Notes: a model not told the origin generated them from the sequence alone. Counted from the first letter of the stretch, positions 39,524-48,492 are shown. The stretch is DNA of 64,000 nucleotides from an uncultured Gemmatimonadaceae bacterium (GCA_963781585.1 CAWAGQ010000009.1:64001-128000), one strand, 5' to 3'. Program-made: numbers and translations.

Positions 39524-39918
39524 GATGATCTCCCCTGCGAAACGGAGATCCTGAAGCCGTCGGGATCGGTGAGGCTGAACGCCATCGGCCCCCACGGCAG
39601 CGGCGCGGGCTCGCTGTCGAGGGCAATGCCGGCGGCTTTGGCGCGATCGGCGATCGCCCGAAGATCCTGTTTGGTCTCGATCCAGAACCGCAATCCTGCT
39701 CCCTTCACGCGATCGCGCCCCTTTGCACCGTCGTCCAGCCCGAGGCCGAGGCGCGCGCCGCCCGCCTTCAGCTCGCAAAAGGTCACCTTGCCGTTCTCCT
39801 CGTGGCGGCTTGCGACCTCGAATCCAAGGCCCTCGGTATAGAAGCGGAGGCTCTTCTCCACGTCGTTGACGGTGAGGGAGGCGAACATGCTCGACGCCGC
39901 GAGCGGCTCTCTGGTCAT
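39520..39918 (-). CDS. VOC (glyoxalase/bleomycin resistance) family protein
   Basis: LTVNDVEKSLRFYTEGLGF and PWG..FSLTDPDGF motifs. Confidence 0.88.
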   Translation of the reverse strand: MTREPLAASSMFASLTVNDVEKSLRFYTEGLGFEVASRHEENGKVTFCELKAGGARLGLGLDDGAKGRDRVKGAGLRFWIETKQDLRAIADRAKAAGIALDSEPAPLPWGPMAFSLTDPDGFRISVSQGRSS

Positions 39919-40054
39919 CCGGATCTCCTGAGCGGTTCTGGAAACAACCGCAAGGTCAAGGTGCCTCATGTCACTACGATCTGTCGGGCATCCGATCGGC
40001 CACTCCTCGATTCTGCGCGGCGGACGGGCGAGAGGCAACCGCCCGGGGCGCCCG

Positions 40055-40561
40055 CTAGGTTGGCGAGGACTGGGCCGCGAGCTCCCGGTGCCAGGAGTTC
40101 CGGAGCGGCTTTTCGAACGAGGAGCGGTACCCGGCGGCGGTGACGACCGACGTGTCGAAGACGGGGGTGTCACCACTCACCCGTCCGGGCGCCGCCAGAT
40201 CGCGGAACCCCGCGCGATCGGTGCACCGGACCGCGCCACCACTGTCGCGCCAGAAGACCCGCCCGCCCCCGACCAGCGCGGTACCTAACGACGACTGGAG
40301 ACCCTGGAGAATGCGGAACATCGCGTCGATCGAGCACCCGGAGGCGCCAGCCGTGGACTGGTCGACGCCGATCGCGAGGAAATGGTCGTCGCGCCAGTCG
40401 CGGCCGCAGGTGAGTGGTTCGCCGTGCGCGTGCCACTGCCGCAGGTACTCATCCACCGCGGCCAGCATCGGCGCGGCGCGGTCGGCGTCCAGCGGATCCG
40501 TCGCGGCGAAGATCCAGACGCGGGCGTCGGACGGAAGGGAATCGAACGAGACGAGGGGCAT
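40055..40561 (-). CDS. Conserved hypothetical protein
   Basis: FDSLPSDARVWIF, WHAHG.PL and ASGCSID motifs; 168 aa. Confidence 0.75.
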   Translation of the reverse strand: MPLVSFDSLPSDARVWIFAATDPLDADRAAPMLAAVDEYLRQWHAHGEPLTCGRDWRDDHFLAIGVDQSTAGASGCSIDAMFRILQGLQSSLGTALVGGGRVFWRDSGGAVRCTDRAGFRDLAAPGRVSGDTPVFDTSVVTAAGYRSSFEKPLRNSWHRELAAQSSPT

Positions 40562-40571
40562 GGAAGGAATC

Positions 40572-40620
40572 CAGTTTTCAGTTCTCAGGTGGCAGTTCTC
40601 AGTTATCAGCAATCAGCAGT
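40572..40620. repeat. Seven-unit 7-nt tandem array (CAGTTTT CAGTTCT CAGGTGG CAGTTCT CAGTTAT CAGCAAT CAGCAGT)
   Basis: Read directly; fills most of the intergenic spacer. Confidence 0.85.
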
Positions 40621-40633
40621 CGCCGCTTCATTG

Positions 40634-41626
40634 CTACTGCGCCGCGCCGGGCGCGGCGATCGCGCTCGTCACCTCGCCAGGCACCCCCGTGCCCACTACT
40701 TCCGGAGGTTCCAGCGTGGGCAGGAACGCGCTCTCGAGGGCACGGCGGCCAGCGTCCGATACCAGAAACGCCGCGAAGCGCTTTGCCAGTTCCGGATGCG
40801 GCGCGCGGCCGGGCACCGAAAACGCATAACGAATCGGCGCGCCGCGCAAGACGAGCGTATCATCCGGCGTCGAACCGCGCACCCGCACCACCGCCTCACG
40901 ATATGACGCGCTGTCGGACTCGCTGCTCAGGTCGACCGCCTTCGGCAACTGAAGGTACGGGAGACTGCTGGCGCGGGCCATCGACTCGTAGAACCACGCG
41001 TAGTCCAGTTCCCCCGCCTCCAGGAGCGCCACCAGCTCGACTTCCTTGGGCCGCATGTTGCGCGCCGGCGCCGCGCGCTTCAGCGCCGCCGCGAGCCCGG
41101 GCTGGTGGTAGTACCGCTCGGCGAGCTGGAAGACCATCAGGGTGCGATAGCCGGCCGGGTCGAGATCGGGATCGCTCCGCCCGACCTGCACGTCCGGCTG
41201 CTGGAGTGCCTTCCACCATCCGTCAGCCGTAATCTGATCGGCGTGGCGCGACTTCCTCGTGTACGCGAGCACGAGACGGTTCTCCGCGAAACGCACGTAC
41301 CACGTCGTCTGGCCGGGCATCAGGAGATCGGGAAAGACCTCCTGGTCCGCCAGCGCGACAACGTCCGGGATCTTCCCGAGCTCGGTCAGCTTTCGCGCCG
41401 TCTCGAGACTCCCGGCGTTCTCCAGCTGGTACGAGACGTGTTCGCGTACCACGAACTCGTCCAGCGCGGCGCGCATGGGACGGGCCAGACTGCCGGCGGT
41501 GTAGACGACGAGGGGCCCACCCCCGGACTGATTGGGCGCCTCGCGGGCGCGCCCACACGCGGCGAGCCCGATGGCCGTCCACGCGATGACCGCGTAGCGC
41601 ACATCCGGCAGTCGGAACGCTGGCAT
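40634..41626 (-). CDS. Tungstate/molybdate ABC substrate-binding lipoprotein (WtpA-like)
   Basis: Lipobox LAAC; AGSL, GSLETARK, SDPDLDPAGYR, KEVELV, YES.A and GAPIRY motifs. Confidence 0.8.
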   Translation of the reverse strand: MPAFRLPDVRYAVIAWTAIGLAACGRAREAPNQSGGGPLVVYTAGSLARPMRAALDEFVVREHVSYQLENAGSLETARKLTELGKIPDVVALADQEVFPDLLMPGQTTWYVRFAENRLVLAYTRKSRHADQITADGWWKALQQPDVQVGRSDPDLDPAGYRTLMVFQLAERYYHQPGLAAALKRAAPARNMRPKEVELVALLEAGELDYAWFYESMARASSLPYLQLPKAVDLSSESDSASYREAVVRVRGSTPDDTLVLRGAPIRYAFSVPGRAPHPELAKRFAAFLVSDAGRRALESAFLPTLEPPEVVGTGVPGEVTSAIAAPGAAQ

Positions 41627-41779
41627 GGTCGAACGATGCCCTGCTGGCGCGCAAAGGCCAAGTGCTTCGCGCCGGACACGTCGTCCGTGTCGGACGGAGC
41701 ACCTCTGTCCGCGGCACCTCCCTTGTTGATGCTGTTGCCCCCAGGCCCGGGTCTGCACGTGCTTCGCCAGACGCAAACG

Positions 41780-41881
41780 CGAGTCCGACCCTAATTACGC
41801 CGGGGAGAGATGAATTCGAGTTCGACACCAATGAGGGAATTCGAGTCTGACCCTAATTACGCCTGATTACGCTAATTACGC
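41780..41881. repeat. Cluster of three (GAATT)CGAGTC(T/C)GACCC-type REP-like units plus TAATTACGC subrepeats
   Basis: Units at about 41780, 41812 and 41837; same family as 5378-5458 and 48558-48628. Confidence 0.75.
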
Positions 41882-41995
41882 GGACGCCGATTGCGCGCGC
41901 CGTGCTGGTCGGAGCGTGCCCCAGGCGATAGAATCTGCGCGAGCCGAGCACGGCGCGAACCACATTGCCCGATCCCACGGGGCACGGAGACCACG

Positions 41996-43231
41996 ATGGG
42001 CATGATCGCCGAGTGGAAGAACCTCGACCGCCGTCAGCGCAACGCCTTCGCCGCCAGCTTCCTCGGCTGGACGCTCGACGCCTTCGATTTCTTCCTGATG
42101 ATCTTCATCCTCCGTGCGGTGGCGGCGGAGTTCGGGACCAGCGTGAAAGCGGTGTCGGTGGCGGTCACGCTCACGCTGGCGATGCGTCCGCTCGGAGCCC
42201 TGGTCTTCGGGATGCTGGCCGACCGCTTCGGGCGCCGCCCGATCCTGATGCTCGACGTGATGCTCTTCTCGATCCTCGAGCTTGCGTCGGCCTTCGCGCC
42301 CACACTCGCGACGCTGCTCATCCTGCGGGCGGCGTTCGGGTTCGCGATGGGTGGTGAGTGGGGGATCGGGGCATCGCTCACCATGGAGACGATCCCGGCG
42401 CGCGCCCGCGGCATCGCGTCGGGCATTCTGCAGGAGGGGTACGCGTTCGGCTATCTCCTGGCGGCCATCGTGTACGGTCTCCTGTTCGACCGCATCGGCT
42501 GGCGCGGGATGTTCATGGTCGGCGTGCTGCCGGCCCTGCTGGTGCTCTACATCCGACGCAACGTGGAGGAATCGCCGGCGTGGCACCGCATGCAGCAGCG
42601 GCCGCGGCGGCCGCTCGCCGAGGTGTTGCGCGGACATGGCTTGCTGTTCGCCTACGTGGTAGTGCTGATGACGGCGTTCAATTTCTTCAGCCACGGCACT
42701 CAGGACCTGTATCCGACGTTCCTGCAGGCGCAGCGCGGGCTCCCCACGCACACCGTGAGTCTGATCGCGATCATTGCGAACGTGGGGGCGATCATCGGCG
42801 GGATCGTGTTCGGGACGCTGTCGCAGCGAATCGGGCGGCGGCGTGCGATCATCTTCGCGACGCTGCTCGCGCTGCCGATCATTCCACTCTGGGGGTTCAG
42901 CACCAGCGTGGCGCTGCTCGCCTTGGGGGCGGTGCTGATGCAGATCTCGGTGCAGGGGGCGTGGGGGGTGATCCCGGCGCACCTGAACGAGCTGTCGCCT
43001 GACGAGGTGCGCGGGACGTTCCCCGGCTTTGCCTATCAGCTCGGCAATCTGCTGGCGTCCGCGAACGCGACGCTCCAGGCCGGGTTCGCGGCCAGTCACG
43101 GCGGGAATTACGCGCTGGCGCTCGCGGTGGTGGCTGGGGCGTCAGCGGTGGTGATCGCGCTGCTTACGGCGGTGGGGCGGGAGGCGCACGGAGTGGAGTT
43201 CGGCGTGGAGACGGCGGTTCCGGCCGAGTAG
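41996..43231 (+). CDS. MFS transporter, sialate:H+ symporter (NanT/YjhB/JEN1-like) family
   Basis: GWTLDAFDFF, ADRFGRR, MGGEWG, SHGTQDLYPTFL and IPAHLNELSP..RG.FPG..YQLGN motifs. Confidence 0.92.
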   Translation: MGMIAEWKNLDRRQRNAFAASFLGWTLDAFDFFLMIFILRAVAAEFGTSVKAVSVAVTLTLAMRPLGALVFGMLADRFGRRPILMLDVMLFSILELASAFAPTLATLLILRAAFGFAMGGEWGIGASLTMETIPARARGIASGILQEGYAFGYLLAAIVYGLLFDRIGWRGMFMVGVLPALLVLYIRRNVEESPAWHRMQQRPRRPLAEVLRGHGLLFAYVVVLMTAFNFFSHGTQDLYPTFLQAQRGLPTHTVSLIAIIANVGAIIGGIVFGTLSQRIGRRRAIIFATLLALPIIPLWGFSTSVALLALGAVLMQISVQGAWGVIPAHLNELSPDEVRGTFPGFAYQLGNLLASANATLQAGFAASHGGNYALALAVVAGASAVVIALLTAVGREAHGVEFGVETAVPAE

Positions 43232-43362
43232 GTACGCGCTTGCTGACTGGAGACACGGCTTGCGCGGCGCCAGGGCACGCACCCAGCGATCCAGATTCGG
43301 ATCACACCGTGGTCTTCCGACGCGCGATCGACCAGCCGCCAACGCAGCGAAGTAGTCTTGGG

Positions 43363-44172
43363 TCACTTCGTCCAGATCAGGATGACGCCACATCCGCCGT
43401 TCAGCATCTGGTACTGCGGCGGCGCTTCGAGTGGACGGGCATAGACCTCCATGCCCGCCACGTGCGTCGGAATGATGAAATCATCCAGGTCTCTGGCGTA
43501 GCTCTCGGAGGGTTTGACACGATTCAGGTGATTCATGCGCTGCCCGTCGAGGTAGACTGCCATCGGGCAGCGGTTCGTGCCCGCCGGGGCCAGGCAGACA
43601 TTGAGCGGGCACATGTCATTCGGCAGCGGCAGGACTCGCAGAACGCTGACGTTCGGTATGTCCTCCAGCATCTGGGTGAGCCTTCGCGGATTCCTGCGCT
43701 CGATGTCCTCGGCGGTGATGAAATGTCCGGAATTGATCCCCTTCTCACGGTCCGCCATCCGCTCGTAGAAGCCATGGAGAGCGAGCGCGAACGAGCGCGG
43801 CGTGGTCACTTCCTGGCCCTGAAGCTTCTGGGCCACCGGGATCAGGCTCATCGTAACCGTGGTGTCTGCGTGCAGCTCTAGCGTCAGCTGGCCCGGGCGG
43901 TAGCCCAGCCGTCGGAAGTCGAGCACCGCGCGACCGGCGGGCAGCTCCAGCTGGAAGTGCCCGGCGTCATCGGCGACCGTCCGACGGTTCCCGCCCACGA
44001 GCACATTGACGTATGGCACGGGGTGCTGTGCGGTATCAGTGACGGTGCCGGTGAAGTGGACCGGGCCGCCCTGGGCAGCGACGGGCGCCACCGTCGTTAG
44101 GCAGGCGAGGCCAAGCGCGACCATGCGTGGCGGACCACCGCCGGCGAAGGGTCGCACTTTCATCAGTCGCAT
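43363..44172 (-). CDS. Carboxypeptidase-regulatory-like domain + TonB plug-like domain protein without beta-barrel, paralog B
   Basis: GTVTD..PVPYVNV, RRLGY, GFYER, FITAEDIERRN, VYLDG, AGMEVY and C-terminal CGVILIWTK. Confidence 0.75.
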   Translation of the reverse strand: MRLMKVRPFAGGGPPRMVALGLACLTTVAPVAAQGGPVHFTGTVTDTAQHPVPYVNVLVGGNRRTVADDAGHFQLELPAGRAVLDFRRLGYRPGQLTLELHADTTVTMSLIPVAQKLQGQEVTTPRSFALALHGFYERMADREKGINSGHFITAEDIERRNPRRLTQMLEDIPNVSVLRVLPLPNDMCPLNVCLAPAGTNRCPMAVYLDGQRMNHLNRVKPSESYARDLDDFIIPTHVAGMEVYARPLEAPPQYQMLNGGCGVILIWTK

Positions 44173-44186
44173 CGATCGTCTCCCCG

Positions 44187-44972
44187 TTACTTCGTCCAGA
44201 TCAGAATCACCCCACAGGTACCATTCAGCAGCTGGTACTGGGGCGGCACCTCACCAGGATGAGCGTAAACCTCCATGCCGGCTACGTGCGTGGGGATGAT
44301 GAAGTCATCGAGGTCCGTGACGTAATCGGCCGATGGATTCGCACTCGTCAGGCGATTCAGGCGCTGGCCGTCGAGGTACACGCCCATGGGACAGTGGTTC
44401 GTTCCAGTCGGTGCCAGGCAGAAGCCGAGAGGGCACATGTCGCCTGGTTTGGCCGCAACCCGAAGGATGAGGACACTCGGTATGTCCTCCAACACTTGCG
44501 TGAGCTTTCGCGGATTCCTGCGCTCGATGTCCTCACCGGTGATGAAGTGACCCGCACTGATGCCCTTCTCGCGGTCCGCCATTCGCTCGTAGAATCCGTG
44601 GAGCGCGAGCGCGAAGGAACGCGGCGTGGTCACTTCCTGCCCTTGGAGCTTCTGCGCCACCGGGATCAGGTTCACCGCAATTATCGTGTCCGCGTGTAGC
44701 TCCAGCGTGAGCTGCTCCGGGCGGTAGCCCAGCCGTCGGAAGTCGAGCACGGCGCGACCGGCGGGCAGCTCGAGCTGGAAGTGCCCGGCGTCATCGGCGA
44801 CGGTGCGGCGGCTCCCGCCCACGAGCACATTGACATACGGCACGGGATGGTGGGCGGTGTCGGTAACGGTCCCGCCTACGTGTACCGGGGCATCCTGCGC
44901 AGCGACGGGCGTCGCCGTCGTTAGGCAGGCGGTGACAAGCGCGATGACGCCCGGCAATGTGCCGCGGGTCAT
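44187..44972 (-). CDS. Tandem paralog A of the plug-domain protein
   Basis: Same motifs; long stretches identical to 43363-44172. Confidence 0.75.
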   Translation of the reverse strand: MTRGTLPGVIALVTACLTTATPVAAQDAPVHVGGTVTDTAHHPVPYVNVLVGGSRRTVADDAGHFQLELPAGRAVLDFRRLGYRPEQLTLELHADTIIAVNLIPVAQKLQGQEVTTPRSFALALHGFYERMADREKGISAGHFITGEDIERRNPRKLTQVLEDIPSVLILRVAAKPGDMCPLGFCLAPTGTNHCPMGVYLDGQRLNRLTSANPSADYVTDLDDFIIPTHVAGMEVYAHPGEVPPQYQLLNGTCGVILIWTK

Positions 44973-45090
44973 CGATCCGGCCTCGTCAGTCGCATTAAAC
45001 CGCCTCCACGCGGGCGATCACCCGTTTGCGCCATTCACCTGGCGTCGAACCTTGGGCGATGCGCCCTCGTGCCTCCACGTTACACGGTCC

Positions 45091-45102
45091 GGGGGGGGGG
45101 GG
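45091..45102. repeat. G12/C12 homopolymer tract
   Basis: 12 consecutive G, about 120 bp upstream of the minus-strand gene starting at 44972. Confidence 0.9.
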
Positions 45103-45252
45103 AGACAATAGGCGGAAGATTACGATTCGATTAGGGTTGCAGTTCCCCTGTTGCCACGCTGGCCGCATCGGCAGAGCCCGGCCGTGTCCGGACGTCGTCG
45201 ATGACGTCGAACACCGAACGGCGATCCCTAGCGCGTCAGCCCTCGCCCATGG

Positions 45253-45642
45253 TCAGGCGCCGCACGCCGCAGGCGCCGGCCCGGCATCGATGAGCACCCG
45301 TCGCACGGGATCGGGCCTCACATTGAGCCCCTCGAGCGACCGCGCGCCGAGCAGGACGAGATCACCGGGTTCGCCGAACACCACTTCGTCGATCGTCCAC
45401 CGTCCGCCAACGTGAATCCGCGCCTCGCCCGCCCACCGGGAAAGCGCCGACCCGTCCGCCTGACGAAAGTGCCACTCCTTGCGCCGCTCGATGCCGAGAG
45501 ATTCGAGCACCGTGGCCGGAAACCATGACAACTCTGCCCCGGTATCCACCAGCGCCGACGAGACGACGCGTCGCGTACGTGGCTCGAGAGGATTCTCGAC
45601 TTCGACATCGATTCGGAATGATCCCATGTCGTCGCGTACCAT
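45253..45642 (-). CDS. Retropepsin-like aspartyl protease, paralog 2
   Basis: VDTGAELSW and LLGARSLEG; clearly homologous to 27613-27993. Confidence 0.82.
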   Translation of the reverse strand: MVRDDMGSFRIDVEVENPLEPRTRRVVSSALVDTGAELSWFPATVLESLGIERRKEWHFRQADGSALSRWAGEARIHVGGRWTIDEVVFGEPGDLVLLGARSLEGLNVRPDPVRRVLIDAGPAPAACGA

Positions 45643-45742
45643 ACGTCCTCCGCACTCGCCGAGAGGTACGAATCCATTGCGTATCGTGTCAATTCCTTGC
45701 GGCGACCTGCCGGAGTCGTCGGCGTCGGTCCGCCCGGGTCCC

Positions 45743-46651
45743 TTAACCCTCGCCCAGCTCGTGCCGCAGCGCGCCCTTCAGATCCGGATGCGAGAACCGG
45801 AATCCGGACGCCAGCAACCGGCGCGGCAGAACCCGCTGTCCGCCCAAGACCGTCTCCTCGCCCATCCGGCCGTAGAGCAGCTTCACCGCGAACGCCGGCA
45901 CGGGCGCAATCGCCGGCCGGTGCAGCACCCGCGCGAGCACCCGAACGAACTCGGCGTTAGGCACCGGCGCCGGCGCGGTCACGTTCACCGCACCGCCTGA
46001 CGACTCGTCGCGCACGAGGGCCTCGAGCGCCCGCACCGCGTCGGTCCGGCTGATCCAGCTGATCCACTGCCGGCCGCTGCCGATGACGCCGCCCACCCCG
46101 AACTGGAAAATGGGAATGAGGCGCGCCAGGATGCTCCCCCCGGGATGGAGGATGACCCCGGAGCGCGCGCAGACCACCCGGATGCCCGCGTCGGACGCCG
46201 GACGCGTCGCCGCCTCCCAGCCATCCACCACCCCCGCGAGGAACCCCTTCCCCGCGCTGCTCGATTCGTCCAGGTCCTCGTCGCCGCGGTCGCCGTAGAA
46301 CCCCACCGCCGACATGTTCACCAGCACCCGCGGACGCGGGGAGAGCGACGCCATGGTCCGCGCCAGAAGGTCGGTCGGCTGCACGCGGCTCTCGACGATC
46401 CGCCGCCGCGCGTCGGCGCTCCACCGCTGGTCGATCCGCTCTCCGGCCAGGTTAATCGCCGCGTCGATCCCTTCAAGCTCCGCGCGATCGATCTCCCCGC
46501 TCCGGGGATCCCATTCCACGTCCACCGGCTGGGCGGGCCCGTGTCGGCCGATGGTGACGACCTCGTGGCCATGCGCTTCGAGGAGCAGCACGAGGGCCGA
46601 GCCCACGAACCCGCGGGCGCCGGCCACGGCGATGCGGATGCCCGTCGCCAT
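45743..46651 (-). CDS. TIGR01777 family NAD(P)-binding oxidoreductase (YfcH-like)
   Basis: GARGFVG, INLAGE, SAVGFYG, GSGRQWISWI and NVTAPAPV.N motifs. Confidence 0.92.
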   Translation of the reverse strand: MATGIRIAVAGARGFVGSALVLLLEAHGHEVVTIGRHGPAQPVDVEWDPRSGEIDRAELEGIDAAINLAGERIDQRWSADARRRIVESRVQPTDLLARTMASLSPRPRVLVNMSAVGFYGDRGDEDLDESSSAGKGFLAGVVDGWEAATRPASDAGIRVVCARSGVILHPGGSILARLIPIFQFGVGGVIGSGRQWISWISRTDAVRALEALVRDESSGGAVNVTAPAPVPNAEFVRVLARVLHRPAIAPVPAFAVKLLYGRMGEETVLGGQRVLPRRLLASGFRFSHPDLKGALRHELGEG

Positions 46652-46663
46652 GCGGCTGCCTCG

Positions 46664-47299
46664 TCAGGCGCGCCGGGCGCGCGGACGCGGGGTGAAATCG
46701 ACCTCGAGGACGCGATACATGTACCACGACGCCACGGTGCGATACGGCGCCCACGGCGCGCCGATCTTCTCGACCCGTGCCGGTGACGGCAGTTTCCGCA
46801 GCCCGTACGCCTTCTTCACGCCCTTCTGGATCCCGAGGTCGCCGTCGGGGAGGATGTCGGGCCGCCCGAGCCGGAACATCAGGAACATCTGCGCCGTCCA
46901 CTTCCCGATCCCCTTCACCTGCACGAGTTGCGTCATCACGTCCTCGTCAGGCAGTTGGTGCAGCGCACCGACCTGCAGGGCGCCGCTCACCGCGCGCTGG
47001 GCGAGATCCCGCAGGTAGCCGATCTTCTGGCGCGACAGCCCCGCCGTGCGCAGCGGCTCGTCAGGCGTGTCCAGAAACGGGAGCGGATCGATCATGGGGC
47101 CGCCGAGCAGGTCACGCACCCGGCCCAAGATGGTGGCCGCCGCCTTCCCCGAGAGCTGCTGGTACACGATCGCCCGCACAAGGTAGTTGAAGTGCGTGCC
47201 GTCGGCGTGGGGCCGGAGTGTGCACGCACCCACTGTCGCGATGACGCGTGCCAGGACAGGGTCGACGCGCTTCAGATGCTTGAGTGCCCGCTGATGCAT
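46664..47299 (-). CDS. alkA: DNA-3-methyladenine glycosylase II (HhH-GPD)
   Basis: IVYQQLSGKAA, GLSRQK, VKGIGKWTAQMFLMF.LGRPDILP.GD and WAPYRT motifs. Confidence 0.9.
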   Translation of the reverse strand: MHQRALKHLKRVDPVLARVIATVGACTLRPHADGTHFNYLVRAIVYQQLSGKAAATILGRVRDLLGGPMIDPLPFLDTPDEPLRTAGLSRQKIGYLRDLAQRAVSGALQVGALHQLPDEDVMTQLVQVKGIGKWTAQMFLMFRLGRPDILPDGDLGIQKGVKKAYGLRKLPSPARVEKIGAPWAPYRTVASWYMYRVLEVDFTPRPRARRA

Positions 47300-47498
47300 G
47301 CGGGAACTCTAGCGTGGCGTCCGGAAAATTGCAGGTAATGCAGAGCGCGTGGGGGAAGGTGGTGCCCGCCCAGCGCGGGTGGAAGGTAGTGGTGCCCGCC
47401 CGAGCTCGAGTGGCCGGACCTTGATCCCCACCCCGCGGACGATCGCGCACGAGTGATCATCGGCGTCGCCGGCGCTCCGAGGCGCCGCGCCGAGACGG

Positions 47499-48260
47499 CT
47501 ACCGCCCGCTGCCGGCTTCCTGCTGCTCCGCGTTCGCCGCTTCTTCGCGCCGACGCACGGCCGACAGCGATGGGAGCCGCAGCTCGTACTCGACCACGTC
47601 ACCCGACGGATCGCGCCTGATGTCGCCCTCGGCCGACCCATCCGCATGGGCCAGCGCGGCGCGGACCGCGTGCAGCAGACTCCCTTCGCCGGAGAAGAGC
47701 AGCTGTCCTTTCGGACAGACGCCCCGCATGCTCAGGCAGACATCGTCACCGCGCATCTGGTACTCGAGCACAATGGGCTCCGCCCGCTCCGAGCGCCGCA
47801 CGTTGCCGGCCACGCTCGCCAGCAGCACCAGCACGCATCGCAGCAGCGCCGACTGCCTGACGACGATGGGCTCGGTGTCGGGGTCGCCGGTCACCTGGCA
47901 CGCGACGTGGCGGAGGTCGCTGTGGTGCTCGTGCAGGCGCACCGCCTGCGGCAGGAGATCCTGCAACCGCACCGCCTCGGGCACCGCGAGCGACTCGGCG
48001 GTGAGCGCGCGATAGAGATCCATCAGCTCGTGGAGGCGCGCCACTTCGCTTGCCATGCCGCTGGTGAAGCTCTCGTCCATCGATTGCTCATCGGCCAGCA
48101 GGATCATCGCCGCCTGGAGGCTCGAGACGCGATTGGTGAGCTGGTGGTTGAGCCCCTTGAGGACCTTCTCGGCGACGCGCAGCCACTGGTCACCCCAGTA
48201 GCGCGCGGGCGTGGGGCCTTCGATGAACAGGTCGCTGGCGATGAGTCGTTCGAATTCCAT
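47499..48260 (-). CDS. Sensor-less histidine-kinase-like protein (H-box present, ATPase boxes degenerate)
   Basis: GLNHQLTNR H-box-like helix followed by a CA-like region ending VEYELRLPSL; no clear N/G1/G2 boxes. Confidence 0.6.
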   Translation of the reverse strand: MEFERLIASDLFIEGPTPARYWGDQWLRVAEKVLKGLNHQLTNRVSSLQAAMILLADEQSMDESFTSGMASEVARLHELMDLYRALTAESLAVPEAVRLQDLLPQAVRLHEHHSDLRHVACQVTGDPDTEPIVVRQSALLRCVLVLLASVAGNVRRSERAEPIVLEYQMRGDDVCLSMRGVCPKGQLLFSGEGSLLHAVRAALAHADGSAEGDIRRDPSGDVVEYELRLPSLSAVRRREEAANAEQQEAGSGR

Positions 48261-48298
48261 GATCTTCCGGACTGAGAGGGGCGTTCGTGGTCCGCGCG

Positions 48299-48492
48299 AG
48301 GTCAAAGGCCATCGGCCAGAACCGAAGGTCATAGGCCAAAGGTCATGGGCCAGATGCCCACCCCCGCTGCCCCGCGTGTCCCCCCTACCTTGGTGCACCC
48401 TTGCACGGGGTGCCCCCGAGATTGGACGATCCACTTGTGCGCGGGGACACAAGGGAGAGGCCAAAGGGAACTGGTCATGGGCCATGGGCCAT
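48299..48492. repeat. Two degenerate (A/G)GG(C/T)CA(A/T/G) 7-nt arrays (48299-48353 and 48458-48492)
   Basis: AGGTCAA AGGCCAT CGGCCAG..AGGTCAT AGGCCAA AGGTCAT GGGCCAG; AGGCCAA..TGGTCAT GGGCCAT GGGCCAT. Confidence 0.75.

Noticed and set aside
41627..41780. Moco/Wco riboswitch upstream of the WtpA-like gene
   Set aside because: I could not find the conserved Moco-riboswitch elements on the minus strand; an Rfam scan would be needed.
41780..41881. Possible mini CRISPR array
   Set aside because: Units are only about 15-25 bp, degenerate and irregularly spaced, with no cas genes; better explained as the REP-like family.
43363..44972. Diversity-generating retroelement TR/VR pair
   Set aside because: Both copies are full genes, differences are not adenine-specific, and no reverse transcriptase is present.
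47350..47402. Short direct repeat GGAAGGT(AGT)GGTGCCCGCCC x2
   Set aside because: Only two short copies with no others seen; not enough to call an element or a tRNA remnant.
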